NCBI GenBank assembly: GCA_963768175.1 | Contig: CAVYGQ010000001.1 | Span: 574,305 to 638,304 of the forward strand | DNA length: 64,000 nucleotides | Direction of reading: 5' to 3' | From: Candidatus Doudnabacteria bacterium | GTDB lineage: Bacteria; Patescibacteriota; Doudnabacteria; UBA920 | Shown: positions 52,272 through 62,100 of the stretch, piece by piece | Position numbering within the stretch: the stretch's first letter is position 1 | Layout: each line of letters begins with the position of its first letter | Notes under the pieces: model-generated | What the model was told of the DNA's origin: nothing | Databases searched by the model: none | The model's input: only the letters and a program-made list of their open reading frames with translations | Position numbers and translations under genes: made by a program

Positions 52272-52576
52272 TCTCCTTTCGCACTTTAAGTTATTTTGAT
52301 TATAACAAGATTAATTATTTTTGGCAAACAAATTGGCGCCATCCTGAGCCCGAATGCATCTGCCTTTCGACTTTGCTCAAGACACCCTGAGCGTAGCCGA
52401 ATGGGTGAGGGCGAAGGATCTCATCAAAGGTTAAGAGATCCTTCGGTCGGATGCACTCCCTCAGGATGACGCTGATGGTTAACTGATAATTAAACCAACT
52501 ATTAATATAATACAATAAAAATTACTATAACCTTGTTTTGTTATAGTTATTAATTATGAATTATTGTTATCTTCCC

Positions 52577-52912
52577 CTACTCTTCCATCAGCTTGCCGCC
52601 CAAAAGATGCAGATGCAGGTGCGGAATTACCTGGCCGCCATCTCTGCCAACGTTAAAAATCAGCTTATAGCCTGTTTCGCCAACGCCATACTTTATAGCC
52701 ATATTTTTGGCCACTACCACCATTTCGCCAACTAAAGGCTCGTCCACAGCTTCGGTGTGGGTAATGCTTAAAATATGCTTTTTGGGCACAATCAGCAAAT
52801 GCACCGGCGCTTTAGGCAAGATGTCCTTAATGACAATTAAACGCTCATTCTCAAAAAGGATTTGGGATTCAATGGTGCGGTTAATAATGTTACAAAATAC
52901 GCAATCGTCCAT
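52577..52912 (-). CDS. HIT family nucleotide-binding protein
   Basis: CVFC, PKAPVH.LIVPKKH, HLHLHLLGG. Confidence 0.95.
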   Translation of the reverse strand: MDDCVFCNIINRTIESQILFENERLIVIKDILPKAPVHLLIVPKKHILSITHTEAVDEPLVGEMVVVAKNMAIKYGVGETGYKLIFNVGRDGGQVIPHLHLHLLGGKLMEE

Positions 52913-53091
52913 AAATTTAATGACAAAAATTAAAAAATTAAATAAATGACAAAAACGGCAGTTTGCTGCCGTCCCGAACGGAGTGAGGGATCCCTCAACT
53001 TCGTTTCGGGACGATAGCTATTAATATAAAAATAAGGTTTATCGTTTTTATTATTTTTGCTCAATTTTGTCATTTTTGCTCATTATTTAAG

Positions 53092-54394
53092 CTATCTTCC
53101 CAGCCTCTTCTTGACCTCTGATACTATTTTATCATAAGATATGATTTCCTGCATCCCGCTCTTTACATCCCGCAATATCACCATTTCTTCCATGGCCTCC
53201 TTCTGCCCCATAATTAAGGCTATGGGAGCATGAAAACTTTCCGCCTGCTTTAACTGGTTCTTGACTTCCGACGTTGCCGAAGTGGTCGTAAACGGAAATT
53301 TTTTCCGCTGTTAAATCACGGAAGAGGCGCAAAGCCTTTTTCGCGGCCAACTCGCCGAGCGGGACCAAAAAAACATCATTACTCTGTTTTTGGCTGACAA
53401 CGGTCCTGGAGTTTTCCAAAAGTTCATGGATTTTGGACAAACTGCCCACAAAACCAAAACAGCAGTAATTTTTGCCGCACAAATTTTGCATCAAGCTATC
53501 GTGATAGCCTCCCTCGCCCAAAATTATGGTCTCGCCTTTGAGCTTGGATTTAATAACCAAATTGGTTTTGCCCGATCCATCAGGACCGACGTAAAGCGGG
53601 TTCAACTGGTAAGGCACGCCCAGTTCGTCTAAAGCCTCCAAAATATTGGTAAAATGTTTGCGCGATTCCTCATCCAAAAAATCCAAAACTGTTGGCGCTT
53701 CCGAAAATAAGGCCTGACAATCTAAATTGCCGCAGCGGAACACATTTAACACCCTGCCCTGCAAATGCTCGTTGCAATTATCGCAAAGCTGATACTTTTT
53801 AGCCACCAAATAATCCTGCAAAGTTTGGCTGTAAGCCAACTGGCAGTCCTCCTTGCCAAGAGAATTAATTTCCAACACGCTGTCTTTTAAGCCTAAGCCT
53901 AGCAAAAATTCCCAAACCGAACCGATAACCTGGGCTTCAGTTAAGTGGTTAAACTGGCCAAAAACCTCGAAATTGAACTGGTAATCGGAAACTAAATTTT
54001 CGTTTTCATCGCGCTTGACCGTAAATCCCGAAGCAGCCCATTTGCTTAACGGGGATTTTTCATAAACCTTGCGCTGATAATAAGCCCGAAGCAGCCCAGG
54101 CAAAAAGTCGCCGCGGATAACGGCCTGATCCTGTTTTCTGATTTGTACCGAAAGGAAATTCTTAAGGAGTTTGGGGTTGGTCTTATAAAAATTTTCATAG
54201 AGCCGGAGGTCTTCTAATAAAGGCGTTTCCACTTTTTCAAAGCCATAAATTCTGGAAAGCTTGGTAAAACGCCTTAAAATCGCGTCCCACAAAATGTCGG
54301 TTTCGCCGACTATGTCTTCCAGAAAATCCAAACTTTGGACTTTTTTGGGAGAATACCCGGCCGCCGTACTCTGATTTTTTTTTGGTCTGCCCAT
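53092..54394 (-). CDS. Histidyl-tRNA synthetase-like protein (degenerate motifs; one frameshift near 53266)
   Basis: YGFEKVETPLLE, LEINSLG, LC..C...LNVFRC...C, AP.VLDFL; alternate frame continues KNQLKQAE...VILRDVKSGMQE to a stop at 53092. Confidence 0.8.
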
Positions 54395-54479
54395 AAGAAA
54401 TATCTGCTATCTTTAATCCTTCATCCTTTACCTCTATACCATCAAGGATAAAAGATAAAGGATAAATGATACTTATTGG

Positions 54480-55127
54480 CTAATATGTCGGCGTGCGGGA
54501 AATCCCAAAATCGCTGAAAGGGAAAACTTTCAACCAAACTTTGCCGATTATTAGGTCGCGCGGCAAAATCCCCCAGACCCTAGAGTCCGAGCTGGCCGTG
54601 CGGTTATCGCCCAAAACAAAATATTCATCGCTGCCGAGGGGATTTTGCATTGACTGCCCCAAAGTTTCCACGCCGGCAAGAATATATGGTTCGCGCAATT
54701 TCAAGCCCTGCGGGTACTGGCTATTAAAAATATATACACTGCCATCGGATTGTGCCTTCGGATCACAATTCTGGTTAAAACACACCTTCTCCCCCGGGAG
54801 GCCGATGACTCTTTTTATAAAAAACTGTGACGGGTCTTTGGGAAAACGCAAAACTATGACATCGCCCCGCTGGGGATTGCCGAACGCGTAAGTCAACCGA
54901 TTAACTATTAAGTAATCATCGTCATGGAAATTCGGAAGCATGGAAGAGCCGGAAACCACAAAAGGTTCAGCTACAAAAGTTCGGAACGGGATGATAATTA
55001 CCAAGGCAATAACTAAGATTTTGACCAAATCCCAAATAAAAGCCCCAATGGCATGCCAAGAAGAACCGTTGTTTTGGCCTTCCTGATTTTTGTTTTGACT
55101 TTCGCCTGCCCCGTTAAAATTTACCAT
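54480..55127 (-). CDS. lepB: Signal peptidase I
   Basis: V.GSSMLPNF, FIKRVIGLPGE, GDNR..SSDSR. Confidence 0.96.
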   Translation of the reverse strand: MVNFNGAGESQNKNQEGQNNGSSWHAIGAFIWDLVKILVIALVIIIPFRTFVAEPFVVSGSSMLPNFHDDDYLIVNRLTYAFGNPQRGDVIVLRFPKDPSQFFIKRVIGLPGEKVCFNQNCDPKAQSDGSVYIFNSQYPQGLKLREPYILAGVETLGQSMQNPLGSDEYFVLGDNRTASSDSRVWGILPRDLIIGKVWLKVFPFSDFGISRTPTY

Positions 55128-55365
55128 ATTTTTTGATAACTTGATTGTTTATGATAGACATCCCATCCACTAAAACCTTTTTGCTTTAACTTCTAACGAG
55201 GTTCATAAAAAATTAATTTAGAGATTATATAAGGTTATTTTACCCCCACACCAAAATATGTAAAGTCAAAATTGTTCAATAATGATGAGCAGGATGATTA
55301 TAAATGAGCGGTAAAAATTATGCAAACCCTCGTTTTTGTGTGGGGGTGTAGGGATATTTTAAGAT

Positions 55366-55781
55366 TGGTCAAGGGGCATGCCGATAGTATGGAACTCGCC
55401 CCGTCATCCGACGGGGCGCCCTATCGAATGATAGGGCGAACCTGCGACCTTTGCAATGCTTGCCCCGTTAAATTATTATTCGGATTTCTGGTGGACGCGA
55501 CAGGACTCGGACCGGTGACCTTTTTCACCCCGTCACCTATGGTGGACAATACTGGACTCGAACCAGTGACCTCTGCAATGTGAATGCAGCGCTCTAACCA
55601 GCTGAGCTAATTGTCCATGCATAGGTGACGGGGCGGGTGTGAATCAAACGCTCTAACTTCACCCCGTCCCAATTCCCTTAACTAACCAGTCTTCAAATGA
55701 TATAAATTGCTACAAAGATAATCTTGTCGCAAAAAAATAATTTATGGGAATTGGGACGGGGCAAGGCTGAGCTAAATGCCC
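55366..55781 (-). pseudogene. Fragments of two decayed tRNA-Val genes interrupted by CCCCGT/ACGGGG elements
   Basis: Pieces 55766-55781 (acceptor/D), 55637-55657 (D/anticodon TTCAC) and 55489-55524 (T-arm plus CCA); an older T-arm piece at 55391-55458. Confidence 0.7.
55540..55616 (-). tRNA. tRNA-Val(CAC)
   Basis: GGACAAT...ATTGTCC-ACCA; anticodon arm CTGCA-TTCACAT-TGCAG; GGTTCGAGTCC. Confidence 0.95.
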
Positions 55782-56133
55782 AAAATTCAGATATTTTCCG
55801 TATGCTGCGTAAAATATACCACCATTTTAGGCTTAATTGCAAGCCCTTGCAAAGCCAAAAAGACTTTTTGTGCAACACAAAGAGTCTTTTTGGCCACTCT
55901 TTGGCCACAAGGCTTAACTATTTGAGGTTTTTCAGCTATAATTACAAGTAATCCTGCAATAAAAGCCTGTTGCCGAATGGGCTTTTAAAACGAAATTTGA
56001 AAATTTTGAGGCAGTCGGGCAAAATAAATTTTGATGTTTACCTGAAAGGTAAACTGAAAAATTTTTTTGGGCGAATGACCAAAATTTTAGAATTGCGGTC
56101 AAAATGCCATTCGGCAACAGGCTCCATCATACT

Positions 56134-57681
56134 ATGCCGAATCTCGATTCCATTAACCCAAAAAAACCTTCCCTGCCGCCCAAAATTATAATTTCCGCGG
56201 TTCCCAACAAACCCAGGCAGGCCAGCCTGCTTGGGCGGGGGCAAAAAAAATCCGGTAGAAGAATTTTAAAAAAGGTTCTTTTGTCCGTGGTCTGTTTGAT
56301 TGTAATTTTAAGCGCAATCGTACTGGTAAGGGCGGGCAATTTATCGCAAAAAATTTTTGTCGGCCAAAAAACCACTTTTTTTGGCAAAATTGTAGATTTG
56401 ATTAGGGGTGGCGGGGACAACGGCCAGCTTATCGGCGAAGATTTGGGGCAGATTAATGTTTTGCTTTTGGGTATAGGCGGAGAAGGGCACGACGGCCCTT
56501 ACTTAACGGACACGATGATTCTGGCGCAAATCCGCCCGGACATCGGTGAAGTTACCCTGACCTCCATCCCCCGCGACTATTGGTCCGACATGCCCCAAGG
56601 CGGCCAGGATAAAATTAACTCCGCCTTTGCTTACGGGCTTGGTGAGAATATGGACTGGGACCAGGCAGGCTTATATTCCCGCGAGGTGGCGCAAAACCTT
56701 ACCGGATTGCAAATCCCCTATTTTGCCGTTATGGATTTTTCGGGGTTTGAAAAAGCCGTGGACCAGGTGGGTGGTTTGGATGTTACCGTTGACCGCACCT
56801 TTACCGACTCGCAGTACCCCGACAGCGGCACCGGCTATCTGCCCCCGATTACTTTTACCGCCGGCCCCCAGCATATGGATGGCACCCGGGCGCTGGAGTT
56901 TGTGCGCTCGCGCCACGCCGCGGGAATTGAAGGCGGTGATTTTGCCCGCAGCCTGCGCCAGCAAAAAATTATAGACGCCTTCAAGCAAAAAGCCTTAAGC
57001 GGCAACCTTATAAGCAACGCCAGTAATTTAAATTCTTTGCTGGGGATTTTTGCCGACCACTTCCACATCAATATGACGCCTTCGGAAATTTACCGGGTTT
57101 ACACCTTAACCAAAGACAAAAATATGCAAACGCTGTCTTTAAGTTTGGATCCGGATACGGGCCTTATTTGCCCCGAAATTTTGGCAAGCAACGGAGCCTA
57201 TGTGCTTACCCCCTGCCCGGGCAAAAGCATAGAGGATGTCCAAAACTTTTTCAAGAACAGTTTCAGCATCGGAAAGCTGAAATCGGAACAAAGCACCGTC
57301 TGGCTGGCCAGCTCGACCGGCAACAAGGAGGCTTACAATACGGCTTTTCGGCAGCTCACCGACGCAGGGCTAATGGTTTACCAGCTTTCTTACAGTAATG
57401 ACAATTTGCCGCAAACTATTGTCTATCAGGTTAACCCCAAACCCGCCACTACGGAGTTCATAAAAAATACCCTAAACGCGACCGAGGTAACTTTGCCGCC
57501 GCCCGACGTAACGGTCACCAAAACAAAAGTAGACGTAATTATAGTGCTGGGCCAAAACGCGCCAGTTGAGCCCGCGCCCGCTCCTTACGTTGCGCCGCCG
57601 GCAAAAGAGCCGAGCACGACCACAAGCACCTTGGACAGTACTGCTTCAACAACCACGAAGGCTTCCACAACAATGCCTTAA
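56134..57681 (+). CDS. LCP (LytR-CpsA-Psr) family protein with LytR_C-like tail
   Basis: INVLLLG, LTDTMI, SIPRD, KINSA, VDQVGG, FVRSRH, DFARS.RQQ. Confidence 0.93.
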   Translation: MPNLDSINPKKPSLPPKIIISAVPNKPRQASLLGRGQKKSGRRILKKVLLSVVCLIVILSAIVLVRAGNLSQKIFVGQKTTFFGKIVDLIRGGGDNGQLIGEDLGQINVLLLGIGGEGHDGPYLTDTMILAQIRPDIGEVTLTSIPRDYWSDMPQGGQDKINSAFAYGLGENMDWDQAGLYSREVAQNLTGLQIPYFAVMDFSGFEKAVDQVGGLDVTVDRTFTDSQYPDSGTGYLPPITFTAGPQHMDGTRALEFVRSRHAAGIEGGDFARSLRQQKIIDAFKQKALSGNLISNASNLNSLLGIFADHFHINMTPSEIYRVYTLTKDKNMQTLSLSLDPDTGLICPEILASNGAYVLTPCPGKSIEDVQNFFKNSFSIGKLKSEQSTVWLASSTGNKEAYNTAFRQLTDAGLMVYQLSYSNDNLPQTIVYQVNPKPATTEFIKNTLNATEVTLPPPDVTVTKTKVDVIIVLGQNAPVEPAPAPYVAPPAKEPSTTTSTLDSTASTTTKASTTMP

Positions 57682-57858
57682 AAAAGTAAAGTCTAAATTC
57701 TAAACCTCTAAAAACTAAACAAATACCCAAAATCTAAAATACCAAAAGTTTAAACCGTTTAAAAATTTGGAGATTTAAACTTTGTTTAGCATTTAGATTT
57801 TAGTGTTTAATTTTTTATCAAAAATCGCAAAAAACTTTTTATTTAAAACGTTAACGAA

Positions 57859-59286
57859 ATGAATAAAACTTTACCTATCGTGGCAATTGTCGGCCAGCCG
57901 AACGCCGGAAAATCCAGCCTGCTGAATAAAATCGCTAAGCGGCCGCTGGCCATAACTTCCGACGTGGCCGGAACCACGCGTGACCGCCAATACGCGGACA
58001 CTTCGTGGAACGGCGTTGATTTTACTTTGGTGGATACCGCGGGCCTGTCTTTAAACCCGGGCAGCGAGCTGGAATTAAGCTTGCTCAAACAAATTCAAAT
58101 CGCGTTGGATGAGGCCGACGCCATAATTTTGGTTGCCGATGGTAAGCAACCGGCCAGGGCAATTGACCAGAATATTTTAAAAAAATTCCGGCAGATAAAA
58201 AAACCGGTTATGCTGGCAATAAACAAACTGGACGGCTCTGCTTTGTGGAATGAAAAAATCGCGGAATTCAGCTCTTTGGGCATAAAAAATCTTTTTCCGG
58301 TAAGCGCACTTAACGGCCGGGGGGTCGGCGATTTGCTGGATTGTCTAACCGATCTTTTAAAAACCCACGCGCCTGAAAGCAGAGGTGTCCCCTCTGCTGC
58401 AGAGGGGACACCTCTGCCAGAAAAGTCGATCGCCGTCTCCATTGTCGGCAAACCCAACGTGGGCAAATCCAGCATCTTTAACAAAATTCTAAAAGAAGAG
58501 CGCGTTGTGGTCTCTCCCCTCCCGGGTACTACCCGCACGGCCATAGACAGCCAAATAAAAATTGGCGGGGTTGATTATACTTTTATAGACACCGCGGGCC
58601 TAAAGAAAAAAGAGTTCCGGCAGGAGCAGCCGGACATTTTTGCCGGCTTCCAAAGCTTTAAATCCATACGGCGCAGCGATATTTGTTTTTTTGTTATTGA
58701 CACCTCCGAGGAAATTACCAAACAGGACCAGCGCGTGGCCCAAGAAATTATCGCTATGCAAAAAGGCTGTATAATCTTAGCCAATAAATGCGACCTGCTG
58801 TCTCCTTCCCTCCCCCCTGGGGGGAGGGTTAGGGAGGGGGTACAAAAAAAAGATGTGATCGGCAAACCCAACGATAATCAATACCAAAATATCCGCGACT
58901 ACATAAGCCACCACTTCCCGTTCTTATGGATGTGCCCTTTGTTTTTTGTTTCCGGCCTCACGGGAGAAGGCTTAAAAGAAGCTGTTGATACCATCAAACC
59001 GATTTGGGAGCGCCGCCATAAAACAGTTGACGCCGAAGCGTTAAAATCATTTTTGAAAACGGTTCTAGAAAAAAATCCGCCCAAACTTTTGCGCGACCAA
59101 AAAAAACCAAAAGTCATTGGCCTCAGGCAAATCGCCACCAACCCCCCGATGTTTGAACTCCTCGTCAACCACCCCGCAGCCATTTCCAACCAATTCCGCA
59201 AATTTTTAGAAAACTCTATAACCAAATATCTGGACTTCTACGGCACGCCGATAACTCTAAGGCTCCGCGGCAAAGACAAAACATAA
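57859..59286 (+). CDS. der: Ribosome biogenesis GTPase Der (EngA)
   Basis: Two G domains (GQPNAGKS/DTAG/NKLD and GKPNVGKS/DTAG/NKCD) plus KH-like tail. Confidence 0.97.
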   Translation: MNKTLPIVAIVGQPNAGKSSLLNKIAKRPLAITSDVAGTTRDRQYADTSWNGVDFTLVDTAGLSLNPGSELELSLLKQIQIALDEADAIILVADGKQPARAIDQNILKKFRQIKKPVMLAINKLDGSALWNEKIAEFSSLGIKNLFPVSALNGRGVGDLLDCLTDLLKTHAPESRGVPSAAEGTPLPEKSIAVSIVGKPNVGKSSIFNKILKEERVVVSPLPGTTRTAIDSQIKIGGVDYTFIDTAGLKKKEFRQEQPDIFAGFQSFKSIRRSDICFFVIDTSEEITKQDQRVAQEIIAMQKGCIILANKCDLLSPSLPPGGRVREGVQKKDVIGKPNDNQYQNIRDYISHHFPFLWMCPLFFVSGLTGEGLKEAVDTIKPIWERRHKTVDAEALKSFLKTVLEKNPPKLLRDQKKPKVIGLRQIATNPPMFELLVNHPAAISNQFRKFLENSITKYLDFYGTPITLRLRGKDKT

Positions 59287-59417
59287 ACTTTATAAAAATA
59301 GCCGCTCTGTCATCAGGCAAAGCGGTTATTTTATTTCCCTCCCATTATCAGACGTACTTGGAACAGTAGATTGAAACAATTTAGCACAAAAAATTTTGTA
59401 ATCATCCTTCTAAGTTA

Positions 59418-60320
59418 TTAAGGTTTCTTTTCAGGATACTTTTTATAGAATTCATTTTCAATCATTTGTACTCTTGAACTAAGACTGTCTTTAATAGCTA
59501 TGCTTGGAATTATATTATTTAACAATTGGCTTGCAGCATCATCGGTAAGATAGTTTTTCCAATATAATAAACCAAGACGGTATTTCTGATTTTGATTCCG
59601 ATAAGAATAAACCAACAATGTTACATTGGGGTTATTAGCTCCCATCCCGATAAAATTTAACTTATCAAGTTCGGTTGTATCGGTTTTTTGTAATGTTTCA
59701 GTACCTTGTATAACAGTATCCCATATTGCCTTGCTTGAATCGCCTGTTTGGACACTATATACATAATCGTTCCAATCATCAAAAGAAGCTTGTGAATTAT
59801 ATACTGACAAGGAAAGAATAACCGGTGCCTGTTTATATCCTCCCGCATCATTAAACATAGCCCTCTGGAGATAAAAAGAATACACAAATTTGTCTTTTAT
59901 GGGTTCCACTCCATAAAAATTAGCAATAGATTTTTCCGAGTCCCAGACAAAAGACTTGGGAACTTTAATATCTGCCAAGCCATCAAGATTATAAGAATTA
60001 AAAATTTTATCATCTTGAGCAACTAACTCGCTACTCCGTAAATCTTTCCATAACCCAAATAAAGCAAAAACTATACACAAGCACAATAATAGCAGTAAAG
60101 GTGAAATTCCCCATCCTACATTCCGTTTTATCCAAATAAAAACAATTGCTAAAATAGCAACTATCGGATAACTAAATAAAGGGTATATAAATCCTTTTTG
60201 TAAATTATTGGTTCCTGCCAAGCCGCCGAACAAAGGTGTTAAAACAGCAAAATACATCCACATTATCAATGTTATAATTATAGCGATTGTAAACCAAATA
60301 GGCATTTTAATTGAGGTCAT
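59418..60320 (-). CDS. Hypothetical membrane protein (AT-rich)
   Basis: Three N-terminal TMs then a soluble domain; lower GC than neighbours. Confidence 0.7.
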   Translation of the reverse strand: MTSIKMPIWFTIAIIITLIMWMYFAVLTPLFGGLAGTNNLQKGFIYPLFSYPIVAILAIVFIWIKRNVGWGISPLLLLLCLCIVFALFGLWKDLRSSELVAQDDKIFNSYNLDGLADIKVPKSFVWDSEKSIANFYGVEPIKDKFVYSFYLQRAMFNDAGGYKQAPVILSLSVYNSQASFDDWNDYVYSVQTGDSSKAIWDTVIQGTETLQKTDTTELDKLNFIGMGANNPNVTLLVYSYRNQNQKYRLGLLYWKNYLTDDAASQLLNNIIPSIAIKDSLSSRVQMIENEFYKKYPEKKP

Positions 60321-60395
60321 TTTATTAATTATTTTAATTTTACTTATATTATAGCACTTTTTTGTGATTTTTAAATATCTGCTATAATTCCCACT

Positions 60396-60959
60396 ATGAA
60401 GAAAAGCCCTCATTTGCCTTCCCTGCCTTTGACTGCCGGATTTGTAGAACGGCGGATATACTTAATCCGCGGGCAAAAAATAATGCTTGACAGCGATTTA
60501 GCGGGGTTATATCAGGTTCCAACTAAAGTTTTCAATCAAGGAGTTAGGCGAAACCTTAGCCGGTTTCCCGGTGATTTTATGTTTCAGCTAACTGCTAAAG
60601 AGGCTTTATTTCTAAGGTCACAATCTGTGACCTTAGAAAAAGGCCGCGGCCGATACTCCAAATATGCCCCGCTGGCTTTTACCGAACAAGGCGTGGCCAT
60701 GCTTTCGTCCGTCTTAAACAGCGAACGCGCGGTGCAGGTTAATATCGCGATTATACGAGCCTTTGTCCGACTTAGGCAGATATTGTCAACGCACAAAGAT
60801 ATTGTCACGGAAATAAATAAACTTAAAAAGGAACAACGATATCAGCGCGGGGATATTAAAAAAATTTTCAAGATTATAGAGGCGCTTCTTACGCCCCGTA
60901 AACCAAAGCTAATCCCTCTTCCTTCTAAACAACGGCCAATCGGCTTTCGCACAAATTGA
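60396..60959 (+). CDS. ORF6N-domain DNA-binding protein
   Basis: IRGQKIMLDSDLA.LY.V.TK..NQ.VRRN..RFP.DFMFQL; AFTEQGVAMLSSVL; IGF end. Confidence 0.92.
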   Translation: MKKSPHLPSLPLTAGFVERRIYLIRGQKIMLDSDLAGLYQVPTKVFNQGVRRNLSRFPGDFMFQLTAKEALFLRSQSVTLEKGRGRYSKYAPLAFTEQGVAMLSSVLNSERAVQVNIAIIRAFVRLRQILSTHKDIVTEINKLKKEQRYQRGDIKKIFKIIEALLTPRKPKLIPLPSKQRPIGFRTN

Positions 60960-61030
60960 TATTAGGCTTTCTGAACAAACTAATTAGCGTTAAGATCCGC
61001 GTAGCTGATCCGCGTTAAGATCGGCGGCAT

Positions 61031-61609
61031 ATGAAACTAATTGTCGGTTTGGGAAATCCCGGGGAGAAATATAAAAATACCCGCCACAACGCGGGGTTTA
61101 TGGCTTTAGATTACCTCTTAAGCTTTGACGGCTTTATGGACGCCAAACCCGGCCACGAATTCAAGTCGGATATTTTCTCCTGGTCTAATAAGATCCCGAG
61201 CGGAGTCGAGGGACAAAATTCCAGCGGCGAAAAAATATTATTCGTTAAACCGCAGACTTACATGAACGACAGCGGCCAGGCGTTAAAAGTTATTTGCAAT
61301 TTTTATAAATTGGATTTAAGCAAGGACCTATTGGTTATCCACGACGATACCGATTTGCCCCTTGGCGAAATCCGGATAACCAATTCGTCCTCATCCGCCG
61401 GACACAACGGCGTCCAAAGCATTATAGATAACATCGGCACGCAGGACTTTAACCGCGTACGCATAGGCGTAGACACCAGGCAATCGCGGGACGATATGCC
61501 GACCGAAGCTTATGTCCTGCAAAATTTTACGGACATTGAGCAAAAAAAACTCCGGGAAGAAGTGCTGCCGAAAGTTGAAACTGAAATTAAAAAATTTATC
61601 CGAGGATAA
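61031..61609 (+). CDS. pth: Peptidyl-tRNA hydrolase
   Basis: LIVGLGNPG..Y..TRHNAGF, KPQTYMN.SG, HDD.DL, AGHNG. Confidence 0.98.
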   Translation: MKLIVGLGNPGEKYKNTRHNAGFMALDYLLSFDGFMDAKPGHEFKSDIFSWSNKIPSGVEGQNSSGEKILFVKPQTYMNDSGQALKVICNFYKLDLSKDLLVIHDDTDLPLGEIRITNSSSSAGHNGVQSIIDNIGTQDFNRVRIGVDTRQSRDDMPTEAYVLQNFTDIEQKKLREEVLPKVETEIKKFIRG

Positions 61610-61982
61610 TAATAACAAAAAACGCCCGAAGGCGCTTACTTTATAGTTCCGAGCGGATCTGGCTTTGCCAGGCCGCGAGGAAACTTCTCCGAAAAATTTG
61701 GGTTCCCTAAATTTCTGAAAGAAATTAAAGGGTCCCAAATAGATAGGATTTCTGCCGAAGGCAGAAATGGTTGGAAAGAAAAAACTGGTAAGTTTTGTCT
61801 TTCCAAAATGTTTTTGCACCCACTACCCTACCTGCAAGTGAAAGGCCGCAAACAATCGTCTACAAACCTTTACTTAATGTTTGAACCGATAATAGGAGGG
61901 ATGATACCGGCTCTCGCGACTTGCAAATAGGATAGTAGATACAAAAAAACCTCCCCTTTTTTTTATTTTTGATTTATGTATT

Positions 61983-62011
61983 ATTGTACTCCTTTCTCTG
62001 GATTTTGTCAA
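61983..62011 (-). promoter_or_regulatory. Sigma70-type promoter facing a gene-less hairpin region
   Basis: TTGACA-17 nt-TACAAT on minus strand. Confidence 0.6.
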
Positions 62012-62100
62012 GCTTTATGTCAGCTCGCCCTAAACTGGAATTTGATGACTAGTTCAGGGAGCAAAGCAACTGGCATAGAACAAGCTCTTTTACCCATTTT

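Noticed and set aside
60396-60959. Prophage
   Set aside because: The ORF6N gene is solitary; no structural, replication or integrase genes nearby.
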